From IMG/VR virus record IMGVR_UViG_3300037851_000307, positions 51,635 to 115,634 of that record: a stretch of 64,000 nucleotides of DNA; one strand, written 5' to 3'. Of the stretch, positions 10,192-19,584 are shown piece after piece. Origin of the DNA: a virus. Taxonomy: Duplodnaviria; Heunggongvirae; Uroviricota; Caudoviricetes. The notes under the pieces were generated by a model that saw only the letters and a program-made list of their open reading frames with translations, searched no databases and was not told the origin of the DNA. The translations under genes and the position numbers were made by a program. Position 1 is the first letter of the stretch, and every line of letters begins with the position of its first letter.

Positions 10192-10590
10192 ATGGCTAAC
10201 AAAAAGCAAATTCTTGCGAAAATCGCTCGAAATGCTAAGCAGATCGGATTGACTGTCAACAGTGAATCACAAACTGCTGTAGTTATCGAAAACGGATCAA
10301 ACGATCTTACAGTGAGCTATGTAGATGCTAGTATCCAAAGTCCAATGGGTGGAGTAAGCGATGCTTCTTCTCCTTTTCTTGGCATTGGTATAGCTAATCC
10401 AGGCAAAATTAAGATCAAATCAGCTATTTCTACTAACGACAACATGACTGATATCTTAGATTCAGTTGTTGCCGCTAAAGTTTTAGCATTGTGCGCTGGT
10501 AAAGCAAACAACATCATTTTAGAAAATAGTGATGCGGCTTTTTCTGCGGAAATCCCAGGTCACCCAGATCTATTAGGAATGGGCGAGTAA
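10192..10590 (+). CDS. hypothetical head-module protein
   Basis: 132 aa with good RBS 'aaggagatacaataATG'. Confidence 0.5.
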   Translation: MANKKQILAKIARNAKQIGLTVNSESQTAVVIENGSNDLTVSYVDASIQSPMGGVSDASSPFLGIGIANPGKIKIKSAISTNDNMTDILDSVVAAKVLALCAGKANNIILENSDAAFSAEIPGHPDLLGMGE

Positions 10591-10620
10591 TATTAACTTT
10601 CGTAACGCGAGGAGAAAAAC

Positions 10621-11370
10621 ATGAATGAGGAACTAGTTAAAGCTTTAACAAGCCTCATCGACGAGACTATCGTTGAGATCGAAGATCTTAAGAAGTCTAA
10701 GTTTTCTGCTGCTGAAGTTAAAATTAAAGGTCCAGGCGAAGATGGTTTAAAAGGTCATCCAGCTGATGGAAAACTTGGCAAAGAAGAAGACAAAAAAGAC
10801 GATGATAAAAAAGATGACGACAAAGACAAAAAGGACGATATGGATAAGGGTGAGAACAACTCAGCTGATCCAAACGCCGGTCATCACAAAGTCGCAAAAA
10901 ATGACGACGAAGACGAAGACGACAAAAAAGAAAAGAAAGACGACAAAGATGACGACAAAAAAGACATGATGGATAAAGGTGAAAATAATTCAGCTGATCC
11001 TAATGCTGGTCATCACAAAGTTGCTAAAGCTGACGAATATGTCAAAAAGTCTTTAGATGAACACAATGCTTTGATGAAGTCTTATATCGATGGTCGTATT
11101 GAATCTTTAGAAAGCAAATTGGGAAGCATCCTTGACTTAGTTAAGAAAGTTGCTGACCAACCCGTTGCTCCTAAAGGTGCAAGTGCAAAGAATTTTGCAA
11201 TTCTTTCAAAGTCTAGCGATGAGAAAGCTACATTGACTAAGAGTCAAGTTGCTGACAAACTTTTTGAACTAAAAAAATCTGGAAAACAAGTTGATTCTGC
11301 AGACATTACCGCTGCTGAATTAGGTTCGACAGATCTTAACCAAATTATTAACAAATACGGTCTTCAATAA
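10621..11370 (+). CDS. scaffolding protein (highly charged, internal duplication)
   Basis: KEEDKKDDDKKDDDKDKKDD tracts; the 20-aa unit 'MDKGENNSADPNAGHHKVAK' occurs twice; lies immediately 5' of the capsid gene. Confidence 0.6.
   Translation: MNEELVKALTSLIDETIVEIEDLKKSKFSAAEVKIKGPGEDGLKGHPADGKLGKEEDKKDDDKKDDDKDKKDDMDKGENNSADPNAGHHKVAKNDDEDEDDKKEKKDDKDDDKKDMMDKGENNSADPNAGHHKVAKADEYVKKSLDEHNALMKSYIDGRIESLESKLGSILDLVKKVADQPVAPKGASAKNFAILSKSSDEKATLTKSQVADKLFELKKSGKQVDSADITAAELGSTDLNQIINKYGLQ
10838..11030 (+). repeat. direct repeat (about 60 nt, two copies about 126 nt apart) inside the scaffold gene
   Basis: ggataagggtgagaacaactcagctgatccaaacgccggtcatcacaaagtcgc versus ggataaaggtgaaaataattcagctgatcctaatgctggtcatcacaaagttgc. 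Confidence 0.7.
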
Positions 11371-11382
11371 GGAGAATATAAA

Positions 11383-12834
11383 ATGAACGAAATGGTAAAC
11401 CAAATCTTGCAAGGTATCGAGCAAGGTGTCGTTACTCCTGAAGATATCGAAAGCTTAAATAAGGCCATTACTGCAGGCTACGGCGGAGCTGGTAAGCCAA
11501 CCGACCTTACCTACGGTGGCGTTATCCAAGCCGAGTCTTTAGAGTCAACGTTGAAAAGCGTGACGTTTGATATGCAGAACCTAAAATTTTGGCCTGCAAT
11601 CAGCGTTGATAAGGCATACAATCTGTTTGAACAATACAACCGTTTAATCGGTTTTGGTTCAGACGCATCGCCATATATGGGTGAAGGTGGAGCTCCTCAA
11701 GAAGAAGACTCAACTTACATTCGTGATGGTCAAAGAATCGTGTTCTTTGGTACACGCCGTAAGGTGTCTCACCAAATGACATTGGTTCGTACGACTGTCG
11801 GTGATGTTGTTGCTCAACAAGCAAAAGAAGGAACTATGCACCTTCTTAAGCACATCGAAAGAGAAATGTATTGGGGACATGCCCACTTTGCGAACAACGC
11901 AACTGGTAACATGGACGGATCAGTTTCTGATCTACCAGTAAACTCTCTTGCTATGAACGGATTGTTACAACAATTACTTAAAGGTGATTCTGATGTTCAA
12001 CAACGTTCTGGTGACTTCGAAGGTTACGGAGATTTACAATCAATCGCTCAAGATCTTGACGGTCAAGTAATGACTCAAGACGATGTTGAAAGATTGGCTG
12101 TTATCGCCCTTGAAAACTTCGGTGCTCCTCGCGAATTACACATTGAGCCAATTGCTCTTTCTGCATTCGTGAAGCAGTTCTATCCACAATTCCGTTCTGC
12201 TCCTGGTCTTTCAAGCCAAACAGTTGGTTACGATGTTTCTAAAGTAACTACTTCTGCTGGTTCAATCGATCTTAAGCCGAACTTATTCTTACGTCCTCGC
12301 GCTGGTGTACGTGCTGTTGCCGTTAACCAAAACGCTCCTGCTGCTCCTGCTATCGCGGTTGCTGCTGCTGGTGCTACAATTTCTGGTGGTAAATTGATCT
12401 CTGGTCAAACTTATCGCTTGAAAGCTACTGCAGTAAACGATTTCGGTGAAGGTGCTCCACAGGATCTTGGCGCAGTAACTCTTGCGGGTGCTGAAAACGC
12501 AATCACTGCAACTTTAACTCCAATCGCTGGTGTTAAATACTTCAAAGTATATGCTACTGTTGAAGGTGGTGCTGCTGGAACTGAGAAATTTGTAGGTAAC
12601 TACAAAGCTGACGGTTCTTCAATCGCCTACAAAGGTGTTAAGCGTCCTGGTCTTGGTGAAGCTTTCTTACTTGATATGTCTGCTCAATGCATGCGTTTCA
12701 AGCAGCTTGCTCCATTAAGCAAGATCAACTTCGCGATCGTTACTACAGCTCTTGAATTTGCTGTTGTGTTATACGGAGCTTTATTCGTGTACACTCCTCG
12801 ATTCAACTGCTTGTTCAAGAACATGGGTAAGTAA
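11383..12834 (+). CDS. major capsid protein with C-terminal Ig/FN3-like region
   Basis: 483 aa after the scaffold; strong RBS 'aaggagaatataaaATG'; followed by the strongest terminator in the window. Confidence 0.65.
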   Translation: MNEMVNQILQGIEQGVVTPEDIESLNKAITAGYGGAGKPTDLTYGGVIQAESLESTLKSVTFDMQNLKFWPAISVDKAYNLFEQYNRLIGFGSDASPYMGEGGAPQEEDSTYIRDGQRIVFFGTRRKVSHQMTLVRTTVGDVVAQQAKEGTMHLLKHIEREMYWGHAHFANNATGNMDGSVSDLPVNSLAMNGLLQQLLKGDSDVQQRSGDFEGYGDLQSIAQDLDGQVMTQDDVERLAVIALENFGAPRELHIEPIALSAFVKQFYPQFRSAPGLSSQTVGYDVSKVTTSAGSIDLKPNLFLRPRAGVRAVAVNQNAPAAPAIAVAAAGATISGGKLISGQTYRLKATAVNDFGEGAPQDLGAVTLAGAENAITATLTPIAGVKYFKVYATVEGGAAGTEKFVGNYKADGSSIAYKGVKRPGLGEAFLLDMSAQCMRFKQLAPLSKINFAIVTTALEFAVVLYGALFVYTPRFNCLFKNMGK

Positions 12835-12870
12835 TTACTTAATACTTGACGATATAGTCGATATAAAAAA

Positions 12871-12897
12871 GGCCAGTTATGCTGGCCTTTTTTATTT
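12871..12897 (+). terminator. rho-independent terminator
   Basis: GGCCAGttatgCTGGCC followed by TTTTTTATTT. Confidence 0.85.
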
Positions 12898-12900
12898 CCC

Positions 12901-13104
12901 TTGTATAATATAATGATGAAGAAAAGTGAAATTATTAAGCTAATGGTTGATGAATTAAAAACCAACTCATTAGATAGCGAAGCAGAGATGAAATCTGCAA
13001 TGGAGCATGTTTTGTTTGTCATGGAGCAAAACGGTATGTTGCCTCCACGCGCTCCAATTCCAGGTACTAATTTCTCAGACAACTATTGGGAGAAAGAAGA
13101 ATGA
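12901..13104 (+). CDS. hypothetical protein
   Basis: 67-aa ORF; TGTATAAT just upstream. Confidence 0.4.
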   Translation: MYNIMMKKSEIIKLMVDELKTNSLDSEAEMKSAMEHVLFVMEQNGMLPPRAPIPGTNFSDNYWEKEE

Positions 13105-13373
13105 AATCTGAAACAGATATCTTAAAAGAACAAGTTGACATACTTAAAAAACTTGTTGAAACACAAGAACTTCTAATACAAGAGATGCGAAAGAATACGC
13201 CATATGTCTCTATTCCATCTGTTTGGACTGTTGATCCATGTCAACACGAATACCCTAATCCTTGGATGGGGACGGTTCCACCTTCTTGTAGGAAATGCGG
13301 TAAGCAAGCAGAGATGACTACTTTTACAAGTACTAGCTCTGGCTCGTTGCGGTTTTGGGATGATGATAAGTAA
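13086..13373 (+). CDS. hypothetical protein with C-terminal CxxC…CRKCG
   Basis: 95-aa ORF. Confidence 0.45.
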   Translation: MGERRMKSETDILKEQVDILKKLVETQELLIQEMRKNTPYVSIPSVWTVDPCQHEYPNPWMGTVPPSCRKCGKQAEMTTFTSTSSGSLRFWDDDK

Positions 13374-13388
13374 TGATATAATTAAGGT

Positions 13389-13889
13389 ATGTTTAAACGT
13401 TTAGATGAACTACATACCACTTTAGAACAATTCAGAGAGGAGCTCAATAAGATGAGCAACTACGGTCCTAAAAAAGGTGGTCAGTATACAGTTGCTGACA
13501 ACATTAAACGTAAAGCAAACAACACAGGTGATCAAACTGGTTTTGGACAAAACGTCAATACTAAATCATATTCTTCTAAACCTGGACAGTTGTCTGCAAA
13601 AGCTCAAGCCTCACAAGAGCAAAGAAAAACTAAAAAATTAAGTGGCCCTGTAAAGGTCTATTCTGAAGAAGAAAAAGCAGCACTTGCTGCACAGATGGGC
13701 ATGAAAGCATCTGTTAAAAAGCAAGAAGAAGTTACTACGCCACACGGCCAATCTGATTCACATGAACTTCCTGGTAAAGCACCATTGCCATTTCAAGTAG
13801 AAGAAAAGAAAAAATTAAAAGACGGCAAAAAAACAATAGAACTGTTGGACTTCAATAAATCAGGTCAATGGTCTATTAAGACTAAGTAA
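13389..13889 (+). CDS. hypothetical basic protein
   Basis: 166 aa, Lys-rich. Confidence 0.5.
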   Translation: MFKRLDELHTTLEQFREELNKMSNYGPKKGGQYTVADNIKRKANNTGDQTGFGQNVNTKSYSSKPGQLSAKAQASQEQRKTKKLSGPVKVYSEEEKAALAAQMGMKASVKKQEEVTTPHGQSDSHELPGKAPLPFQVEEKKKLKDGKKTIELLDFNKSGQWSIKTK

Positions 13890-13911
13890 CGCATAAAAAT
13901 CTACACCTCTG

Positions 13912-13941
13912 TATAATTACATTTAAACCTTAGAGGAATAA
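13912..13941 (+). promoter_or_regulatory. TGTATAAT inside hairpin CCTCT/AGAGG whose 3' arm is the SD of 13942
   Basis: CCTCTgTATAATtacatttaaaccttAGAGGaataaATG. Confidence 0.4.
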
Positions 13942-14601
13942 ATGAAGAAGACACGTTACATTTGCATTGAAGGCACAGAGGGCGTATATAAAACAACAAA
14001 TACAAAAAGACTGGTTGAATACCTAAGATCAAAAGGGTATTCTGTTCTTGAAACAAAAGAGCCAGGTTCTCCACACTCTGATCTAACGATGAAGCTTCGC
14101 GCAATAATGTTAGACAATCAATATGACAAAGAACTCACTATGGCTGGCAGAGAGTTTATTAGTCAAGCAATCCGCTCTATACATCTTGAGAAGGTAATAT
14201 TACCAGCAATGGGTGAATACGATTTTATCATTCAAGACAGAGGTATCCTTTCTGGCCTTGCCTATGGCACAGGATGTGGCAATAATGAAGATTTTTTATA
14301 TAGCCTTACACGATATGTATTGTCAACCGCGGACATGAAGAAGGTGTCTTCTAGAACGTTATATGATGATGTTGTATATCTCACGACAGATGATACTTCT
14401 AAAGGTTTAAAGACTGCTGTTAATTCTAAAAAAGAGTTTGAAACTGGCGATGCAATGGAGTCTCGTGGCGACTCTTTTTTGAGCAAGGTTTCTGATAACA
14501 TGAAAAAGCAGTCTAGAGATTTCAACACTAAAATTGTTAATGTAGACGGCAAAGGTAAAGATGAAGTCTTTGCTGACATCTTGAAAGCTTTAAACTTATA
14601 A
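13942..14601 (+). CDS. thymidylate-kinase-like protein with degenerate P-loop
   Basis: 'ICIEGTEGVYKTT…ETKEPG' follows the Tmk layout (EGxxGxGKTT … EPGG), but the Walker A Gly-Lys is replaced by Tyr-Lys. Confidence 0.55.
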   Translation: MKKTRYICIEGTEGVYKTTNTKRLVEYLRSKGYSVLETKEPGSPHSDLTMKLRAIMLDNQYDKELTMAGREFISQAIRSIHLEKVILPAMGEYDFIIQDRGILSGLAYGTGCGNNEDFLYSLTRYVLSTADMKKVSSRTLYDDVVYLTTDDTSKGLKTAVNSKKEFETGDAMESRGDSFLSKVSDNMKKQSRDFNTKIVNVDGKGKDEVFADILKALNL

Positions 14602-14610
14602 AGGAATAAA

Positions 14611-15450
14611 ATGGCAAAAACTAAAAAAATAACAGCATTGCTTCCCCCTCCAGAAAAAGGCCCTAAGGTGCTAATATATGACATCGAGACTGCACCAATT
14701 TTGGCCCATGTTTGGGGTTTATGGGAAAATAATGTTGCTCTGAATCAAATTGTGTCCGATTGGCATGTTCTAAGTTGGAGTGCAAAATGGCTTGGAGATG
14801 GTCCCGATAAAGTTATGTATATGGACCAGAGAAATGCTAAAAACATAGAAGATGATACACATATTTTAAGTGGTATCTGGGAACTTCTAAATCAAGCTGA
14901 CATTGTAATTACGCAAAACGGTAAAAATTTTGATCAAAAGAAATTAAATGCTAGATTTATCATAAAAGGTTTTCAGCCTCCTGGCAGTTATAAGCACATC
15001 GATACAAAGCAAATTGCAGGTAAACATTTTGGTTTTACTAGCTCTAAATTAGAGTACATGACAGATAAGCTTTGTGTAAACTATAAAAAACAAAAGCATA
15101 AAAAGTTCCCAGGACATGAGATGTGGGTTGAGTGTATTGCGGGCAACTTAGATGCATGGAAAGAGATGGAGAAATACAATAAGTATGATGTTCTATCTCT
15201 TGAAGAACTCTACTACAAACTTATTCCTTGGGATAACAGTATTAACTTTAATGTATACCATGACGGCACACATCATGAATGTTCTTCTTGCGGCGGTAAG
15301 ACCTTTATTAAAAATGGGTTTTACTATACATCTTCTGGTAAGTTCCAGAAATATAGATGTAAAGGTTGTGGTGCAGAGCACAGAGATAAAAATAATCTCT
15401 TTGATAAAGAGAAGAGAGAATCTCTTAAGATGACGCCCCCTAGATCATAG
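14611..15450 (+). CDS. DEDD-family 3'-5' exonuclease-like protein with C-terminal Zn ribbon
   Basis: Exo motif I 'LIYDIETAP', Exo II-like 'TQNGKNFD'; C-terminal CSSCGG…CKGCG. Confidence 0.55.
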   Translation: MAKTKKITALLPPPEKGPKVLIYDIETAPILAHVWGLWENNVALNQIVSDWHVLSWSAKWLGDGPDKVMYMDQRNAKNIEDDTHILSGIWELLNQADIVITQNGKNFDQKKLNARFIIKGFQPPGSYKHIDTKQIAGKHFGFTSSKLEYMTDKLCVNYKKQKHKKFPGHEMWVECIAGNLDAWKEMEKYNKYDVLSLEELYYKLIPWDNSINFNVYHDGTHHECSSCGGKTFIKNGFYYTSSGKFQKYRCKGCGAEHRDKNNLFDKEKRESLKMTPPRS

Positions 15451-15473
15451 GGAGCGTTGTCGGAAAGACAACC

Positions 15474-16037
15474 ATGAAATACAAAGAAATAGAAACAAAA
15501 TACGACGCTGACGGTATTAGTATGCAGAACTTCATTGATTTGGTGGAGCGCCTACCTAATATAACTAAAAAAATGATGGTCAGCTCATATGATGAGTATT
15601 TTGTAAATAAAGATGGCGATTTTGTAAGGTACCGATATACAGACGATAGAGGTGAACTTACAATCAAGAAGAAAATCAATAAAAATAACAACCTAGAGAG
15701 AATTGAGATTAACATGCCTACTGCTGGTGATAGTTTGCCTACAGTGACTGCGTTTATGGACTCCTTAGGTTATAAGTACAACTTTGGTATATATAAAACT
15801 TGCAAGATCTACTGGTTAGATAATGCTGTATTGGTGTACTACGTTGTTTACGATAAAGATATGCGTGAAAAGCGCCGCTTTATTGAAGTAGAAGCCGATG
15901 AACACCACTCTTGGTCTTCTGAGCAAGAAGCTTGGGATCATGTAGTTAAGTGGGAAAAGGTTTTAGAGCCATTGGGTATATCTCCAAAGAATAGATTAAG
16001 AAAGAGCTTGTTCGAGCTGTTCAGAAAAGAGTCTTAA
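15474..16037 (+). CDS. hypothetical protein
   Basis: 187-aa ORF. Confidence 0.5.
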   Translation: MKYKEIETKYDADGISMQNFIDLVERLPNITKKMMVSSYDEYFVNKDGDFVRYRYTDDRGELTIKKKINKNNNLERIEINMPTAGDSLPTVTAFMDSLGYKYNFGIYKTCKIYWLDNAVLVYYVVYDKDMREKRRFIEVEADEHHSWSSEQEAWDHVVKWEKVLEPLGISPKNRLRKSLFELFRKES

Positions 16038-16099
16038 CCACCGTTTTAAAGTCGGTTATAAGGTATAATGGTCTAATAGTAACCTTAAGGAGCTATTAG

Positions 16100-16438
16100 A
16101 TGCAAATATATAATGAATCAGCTCGAGTAGAGCGTAATGCCGAATTTGGCCATGTATGGGTTGAAGTGCAAAGTGGTGCTGGATCCCTATCAATGGAAGT
16201 TCCTAAGTATTCTGCTGTAAGAGTTAAGGCAGCAGCTACAATAACAGTACAATTTGATGGCGTTTTATCAGCTACCATGACTTCTGGTGAAATTATTATT
16301 TTCAATTCAGGTCGTGGCGACGTTGGTAACGGCACAGATAACAAGATGACTGTTACATTAGCTGTTAGCGGTGCTGCATACGTTCAAATTGCAAGAAATA
16401 CTGACAACGGTAGAGAAAACATTGTAGCGCCTGGGTAA
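16100..16438 (+). CDS. hypothetical small beta-rich protein
   Basis: 112 aa; RBS 'aaggagctattagATG'. Confidence 0.5.
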   Translation: MQIYNESARVERNAEFGHVWVEVQSGAGSLSMEVPKYSAVRVKAAATITVQFDGVLSATMTSGEIIIFNSGRGDVGNGTDNKMTVTLAVSGAAYVQIARNTDNGRENIVAPG

Positions 16439-16448
16439 GGAGTAGTTT

Positions 16449-17534
16449 ATGAAGTTATCTAGCTTCAGAGAACTTCTTCTTAGAAAGACGCAAGATGATG
16501 CAAGTCTTTACGCGTTAATTAAATACGCACGCGAAGAAGTAATCTTAGAAAGAGTAATAGAAGCCTTAGAGAAAATGGCAAGAGCTCGTCACAAAGGCGA
16601 TTCTGCCAATTTTGCTGTTCGTCATTTCGCAACAGAAATGGATCCTGAAACTGAGCCACACATGATTCGCGATGCTATTGGTCATCACGTTTCTAGATAT
16701 AAAGCTGCACTAGGATCTAACAGAAATGAATTAGCGAATCAACATGCTCGTCAAGCATTTAACTTGATGAACGTTGCTGATATTGCTTCAAAGCATTCTG
16801 GCGGTAAATTATCTATTGATTACGTTGCTCCACATCCATGGGAAAGAAGCAAATACACCAATCAATATGATGAGTCTCACCCATTAGTTCAAGAAGGTAA
16901 ATATAAAAAGGGTGACTTCACAACTAAAACAAAAGGTTTAAATTATGCTCTTAAGGGAAAAGATTTTTCTTTTCTACAAGGTGCTCCGCATGAATCTTAT
17001 GATTATGAGATTAAGCGTCATGGCCACAATAAAGCATATCCATTTGAACAAATTAGAGTTAACGGTAAATATGTTCCAGTAGATGATGTAAAAGACTTAA
17101 AAGGATACGAAGAACATCCTTTTGATAAGCATCCAATCATGAATCATTTTCATGAGAACCCAAGCTCTAGATCTCCTGAGAGAGATAAGCAATATGCTGA
17201 TGAGCATGAAAAGTACTACACACAAGATCCACATATTGAAAACTTTTTCAATAAGCATACAGAACTAGAATCTGCTGATCCTGAAGCATATGCAAAAAGA
17301 GGATCCGAAGCTGCTAAGCCTGTGCATGCAGATATCCCTGGTTTAGATGTTTCTAATGCAAAAGAAAAAGTTGCTGCTGCTCCATCTTCACCAAAAGCCG
17401 AAGCAGTGTCTGCTGCGAAACCTGGTGAAGAATGGAAGTCTGTGCCTCAAGGTGTTAAGCTTGATCAAAAGCAGTGGGATGCTTTAGATGATAAAACAAA
17501 AATGGCGTTACATGAAGCCTTTAAGGGGAAGTAA
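16449..17534 (+). CDS. hypothetical protein
   Basis: 361 aa; RBS 'aaggagtagtttATG'. Confidence 0.55.
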   Translation: MKLSSFRELLLRKTQDDASLYALIKYAREEVILERVIEALEKMARARHKGDSANFAVRHFATEMDPETEPHMIRDAIGHHVSRYKAALGSNRNELANQHARQAFNLMNVADIASKHSGGKLSIDYVAPHPWERSKYTNQYDESHPLVQEGKYKKGDFTTKTKGLNYALKGKDFSFLQGAPHESYDYEIKRHGHNKAYPFEQIRVNGKYVPVDDVKDLKGYEEHPFDKHPIMNHFHENPSSRSPERDKQYADEHEKYYTQDPHIENFFNKHTELESADPEAYAKRGSEAAKPVHADIPGLDVSNAKEKVAAAPSSPKAEAVSAAKPGEEWKSVPQGVKLDQKQWDALDDKTKMALHEAFKGK

Positions 17535-18748
17535 TGTCAATTAAGAATATACAAGAAAAAATAAAATTTTTAAAAGAGTTAGCGGAAAGCAACCCTGAGT
17601 TATCTGATACCGTGATAGCAGCTCTTAAAAAAGCAAGAGGAGAAGACGATGAAGATTATGGCTACGATCCGCAAGACTACGGAGACGATCAACAATTATC
17701 TGACGAAGATTTGGAAGGACTTAATGTCACTGATGACCCCTTCTCAGACGAAGATGACGAAGCCGCAAAATGGCTGCGTGAAAATGATGTGCAAGGAAGA
17801 GGGCAAGTGCCAGAATCCCAAGGCACATCAGAAGAAGATGAAGAAGCGCCGCAAGAAGTAACAGATAAGCCTAAAAAATCTAGCGGGTACTCTGAGTGGA
17901 AGCCGCATGGCCAATATACCCCAGAGCAATCCGCTAAGATGAAACAGTTGGTTGGTCAAGGTTACTCTGATCGCGAAGCTGAAAGAATCGTTGGTGCACA
18001 TAGAGGCCCAACTGATTTTCAGTCTGCTTTAAAACACACTGTTAAGCCATCTCAGCCATCTGAAAAGATGTTGGGGGAATTAAAAGAATTAGCAGGCCAT
18101 TGGCTTGAAAGAGCCGATAGACATTCAAAGTTGAATGCTGATCCTGAAAAGAATCCTCAAAAGTTTGCAGCAGGAAAAATGATGCAAGCACACGAAGAGC
18201 ATTCAAAGGGCTTTAAAGAAGCTTATGATAGTTTTTTAAATTCTGATGAATTAAAGGGCAAAAAGGGTTTAGATAGACATAAAGCTATTCAAGAATGGAA
18301 ATCTAATTGGAAAAGTAGAAATCCAGACTATAAAGAAAACATTGGAAATGTTTCTCAGGCTCAATCGCATTATAAAGAGGCTCATGAAGCTAGAAAGAAA
18401 AATGTAGATGAGGCATTACAGCACATTTTAACTGGTGGCTATAATCCAGAGGCAATGAGTGACCAAGAGGCCGCTCAACACGTTGGTGGTGAGAAAACAG
18501 ATCAGGGTTATACAGCAACCACTATAAAAGATCCTTCTGCATCTTTTGCAGAAAGGAATAAGACTTTTGTTGATACAATGAAGCAGAAACAACAAACTGC
18601 AGCTCAACCTGTACAACAAGCTCCTAAAAAGGATCCAATGGTAGTTATTAGAAGAAGAGCAAATCCAGAGCAAATGGATAGATTTACTAGAGTTCAAGCT
18701 GCAAGAACTGCACAGGGTATCGGTAAGAAACCAGAGGGAGTCGAATAA
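17534..18748 (+). CDS. hypothetical acidic protein
   Basis: 404 aa; ATGA overlap with the upstream gene. Confidence 0.55.
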   Translation: MSIKNIQEKIKFLKELAESNPELSDTVIAALKKARGEDDEDYGYDPQDYGDDQQLSDEDLEGLNVTDDPFSDEDDEAAKWLRENDVQGRGQVPESQGTSEEDEEAPQEVTDKPKKSSGYSEWKPHGQYTPEQSAKMKQLVGQGYSDREAERIVGAHRGPTDFQSALKHTVKPSQPSEKMLGELKELAGHWLERADRHSKLNADPEKNPQKFAAGKMMQAHEEHSKGFKEAYDSFLNSDELKGKKGLDRHKAIQEWKSNWKSRNPDYKENIGNVSQAQSHYKEAHEARKKNVDEALQHILTGGYNPEAMSDQEAAQHVGGEKTDQGYTATTIKDPSASFAERNKTFVDTMKQKQQTAAQPVQQAPKKDPMVVIRRRANPEQMDRFTRVQAARTAQGIGKKPEGVE

Positions 18749-19575
18749 TGCCTATTTCAAAAACGCCGCAAATAGCTCCGTTTCCAGCTTGGTCTATAGA
18801 TCAAAAAGAACCAAGTGTTCAACGCTATCTACCGTTGCCAACAGCTGAAAGTATCAAGAATGGTGCATTGTTTGGTATTCCTTTAAAGTCTAATTTGACT
18901 CAACAAGAACTACCAGATGAAACTATACAAAACTATATAAATGAAGCAATCTCTCAAATAGAGCATGCTTTAGATTTATATATCACTCCAGTAGAGTTTT
19001 CTGAGAAGTATGACTACGATAGACATCACTTTACTTGGAACTATAACTATTTAAAGCTAAATCACCCTAATGTTTTGTATGTCAGCTCTGTTGAACTTAG
19101 TTTTAGTAATAATGCTGTTCCAGGCTTCGTGCAGTTTCCATTAGAACACGTTCATGTTATGCCGCAAGAAGGCGTTATACAGCTTGTGCCAGCATTTGGT
19201 ACATCTTTAAGTGGCTTCTTATTATCAGCGTTTTCTGGTACTCAGTTCCACGCTTTACGCGCTATTGGTATGACTAATTTTCCTGGTGGTGTAAGGGTAA
19301 AATATACATGTGGCTTTGAGCAAGATAAGGTTCCTGCTGTATTGGTTGGTTTAATAGAAACTATAGCAGCACTAAGAATCCTATCCATACTAGGTCCTTT
19401 AATTTTTCCACATAATGCTGTAAGTATAAACACTGATGGCGTTTCTCAATCAACTAGTACACTTGGTCCTGGTTTCTTGAGACAAAGAATGGATGAATTA
19501 GAGAAACAAAGAGATCAATACATGGACGCCGCTAAGGGTTACTATCAACGTAAATTTTTAGTGGATTTCTTCTAA
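18748..19575 (+). CDS. hypothetical structural protein
   Basis: 275 aa; coupled to the upstream gene (ATAATG). Confidence 0.55.
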   Translation: MPISKTPQIAPFPAWSIDQKEPSVQRYLPLPTAESIKNGALFGIPLKSNLTQQELPDETIQNYINEAISQIEHALDLYITPVEFSEKYDYDRHHFTWNYNYLKLNHPNVLYVSSVELSFSNNAVPGFVQFPLEHVHVMPQEGVIQLVPAFGTSLSGFLLSAFSGTQFHALRAIGMTNFPGGVRVKYTCGFEQDKVPAVLVGLIETIAALRILSILGPLIFPHNAVSINTDGVSQSTSTLGPGFLRQRMDELEKQRDQYMDAAKGYYQRKFLVDFF

Positions 19576-19584
19576 GGTGGTTGT

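Noticed and set aside
10766-10969. Lys-rich 67-aa ORF in an alternative frame
   Set aside because: Lies entirely inside the scaffold gene in a frame produced by its GA-rich repeat; a frame artefact.
12841-12870. TTGACG hexamer before the capsid terminator as a -35 box
   Set aside because: No appropriately spaced -10; it sits upstream of a terminator at a gene end, so it is probably coincidental.
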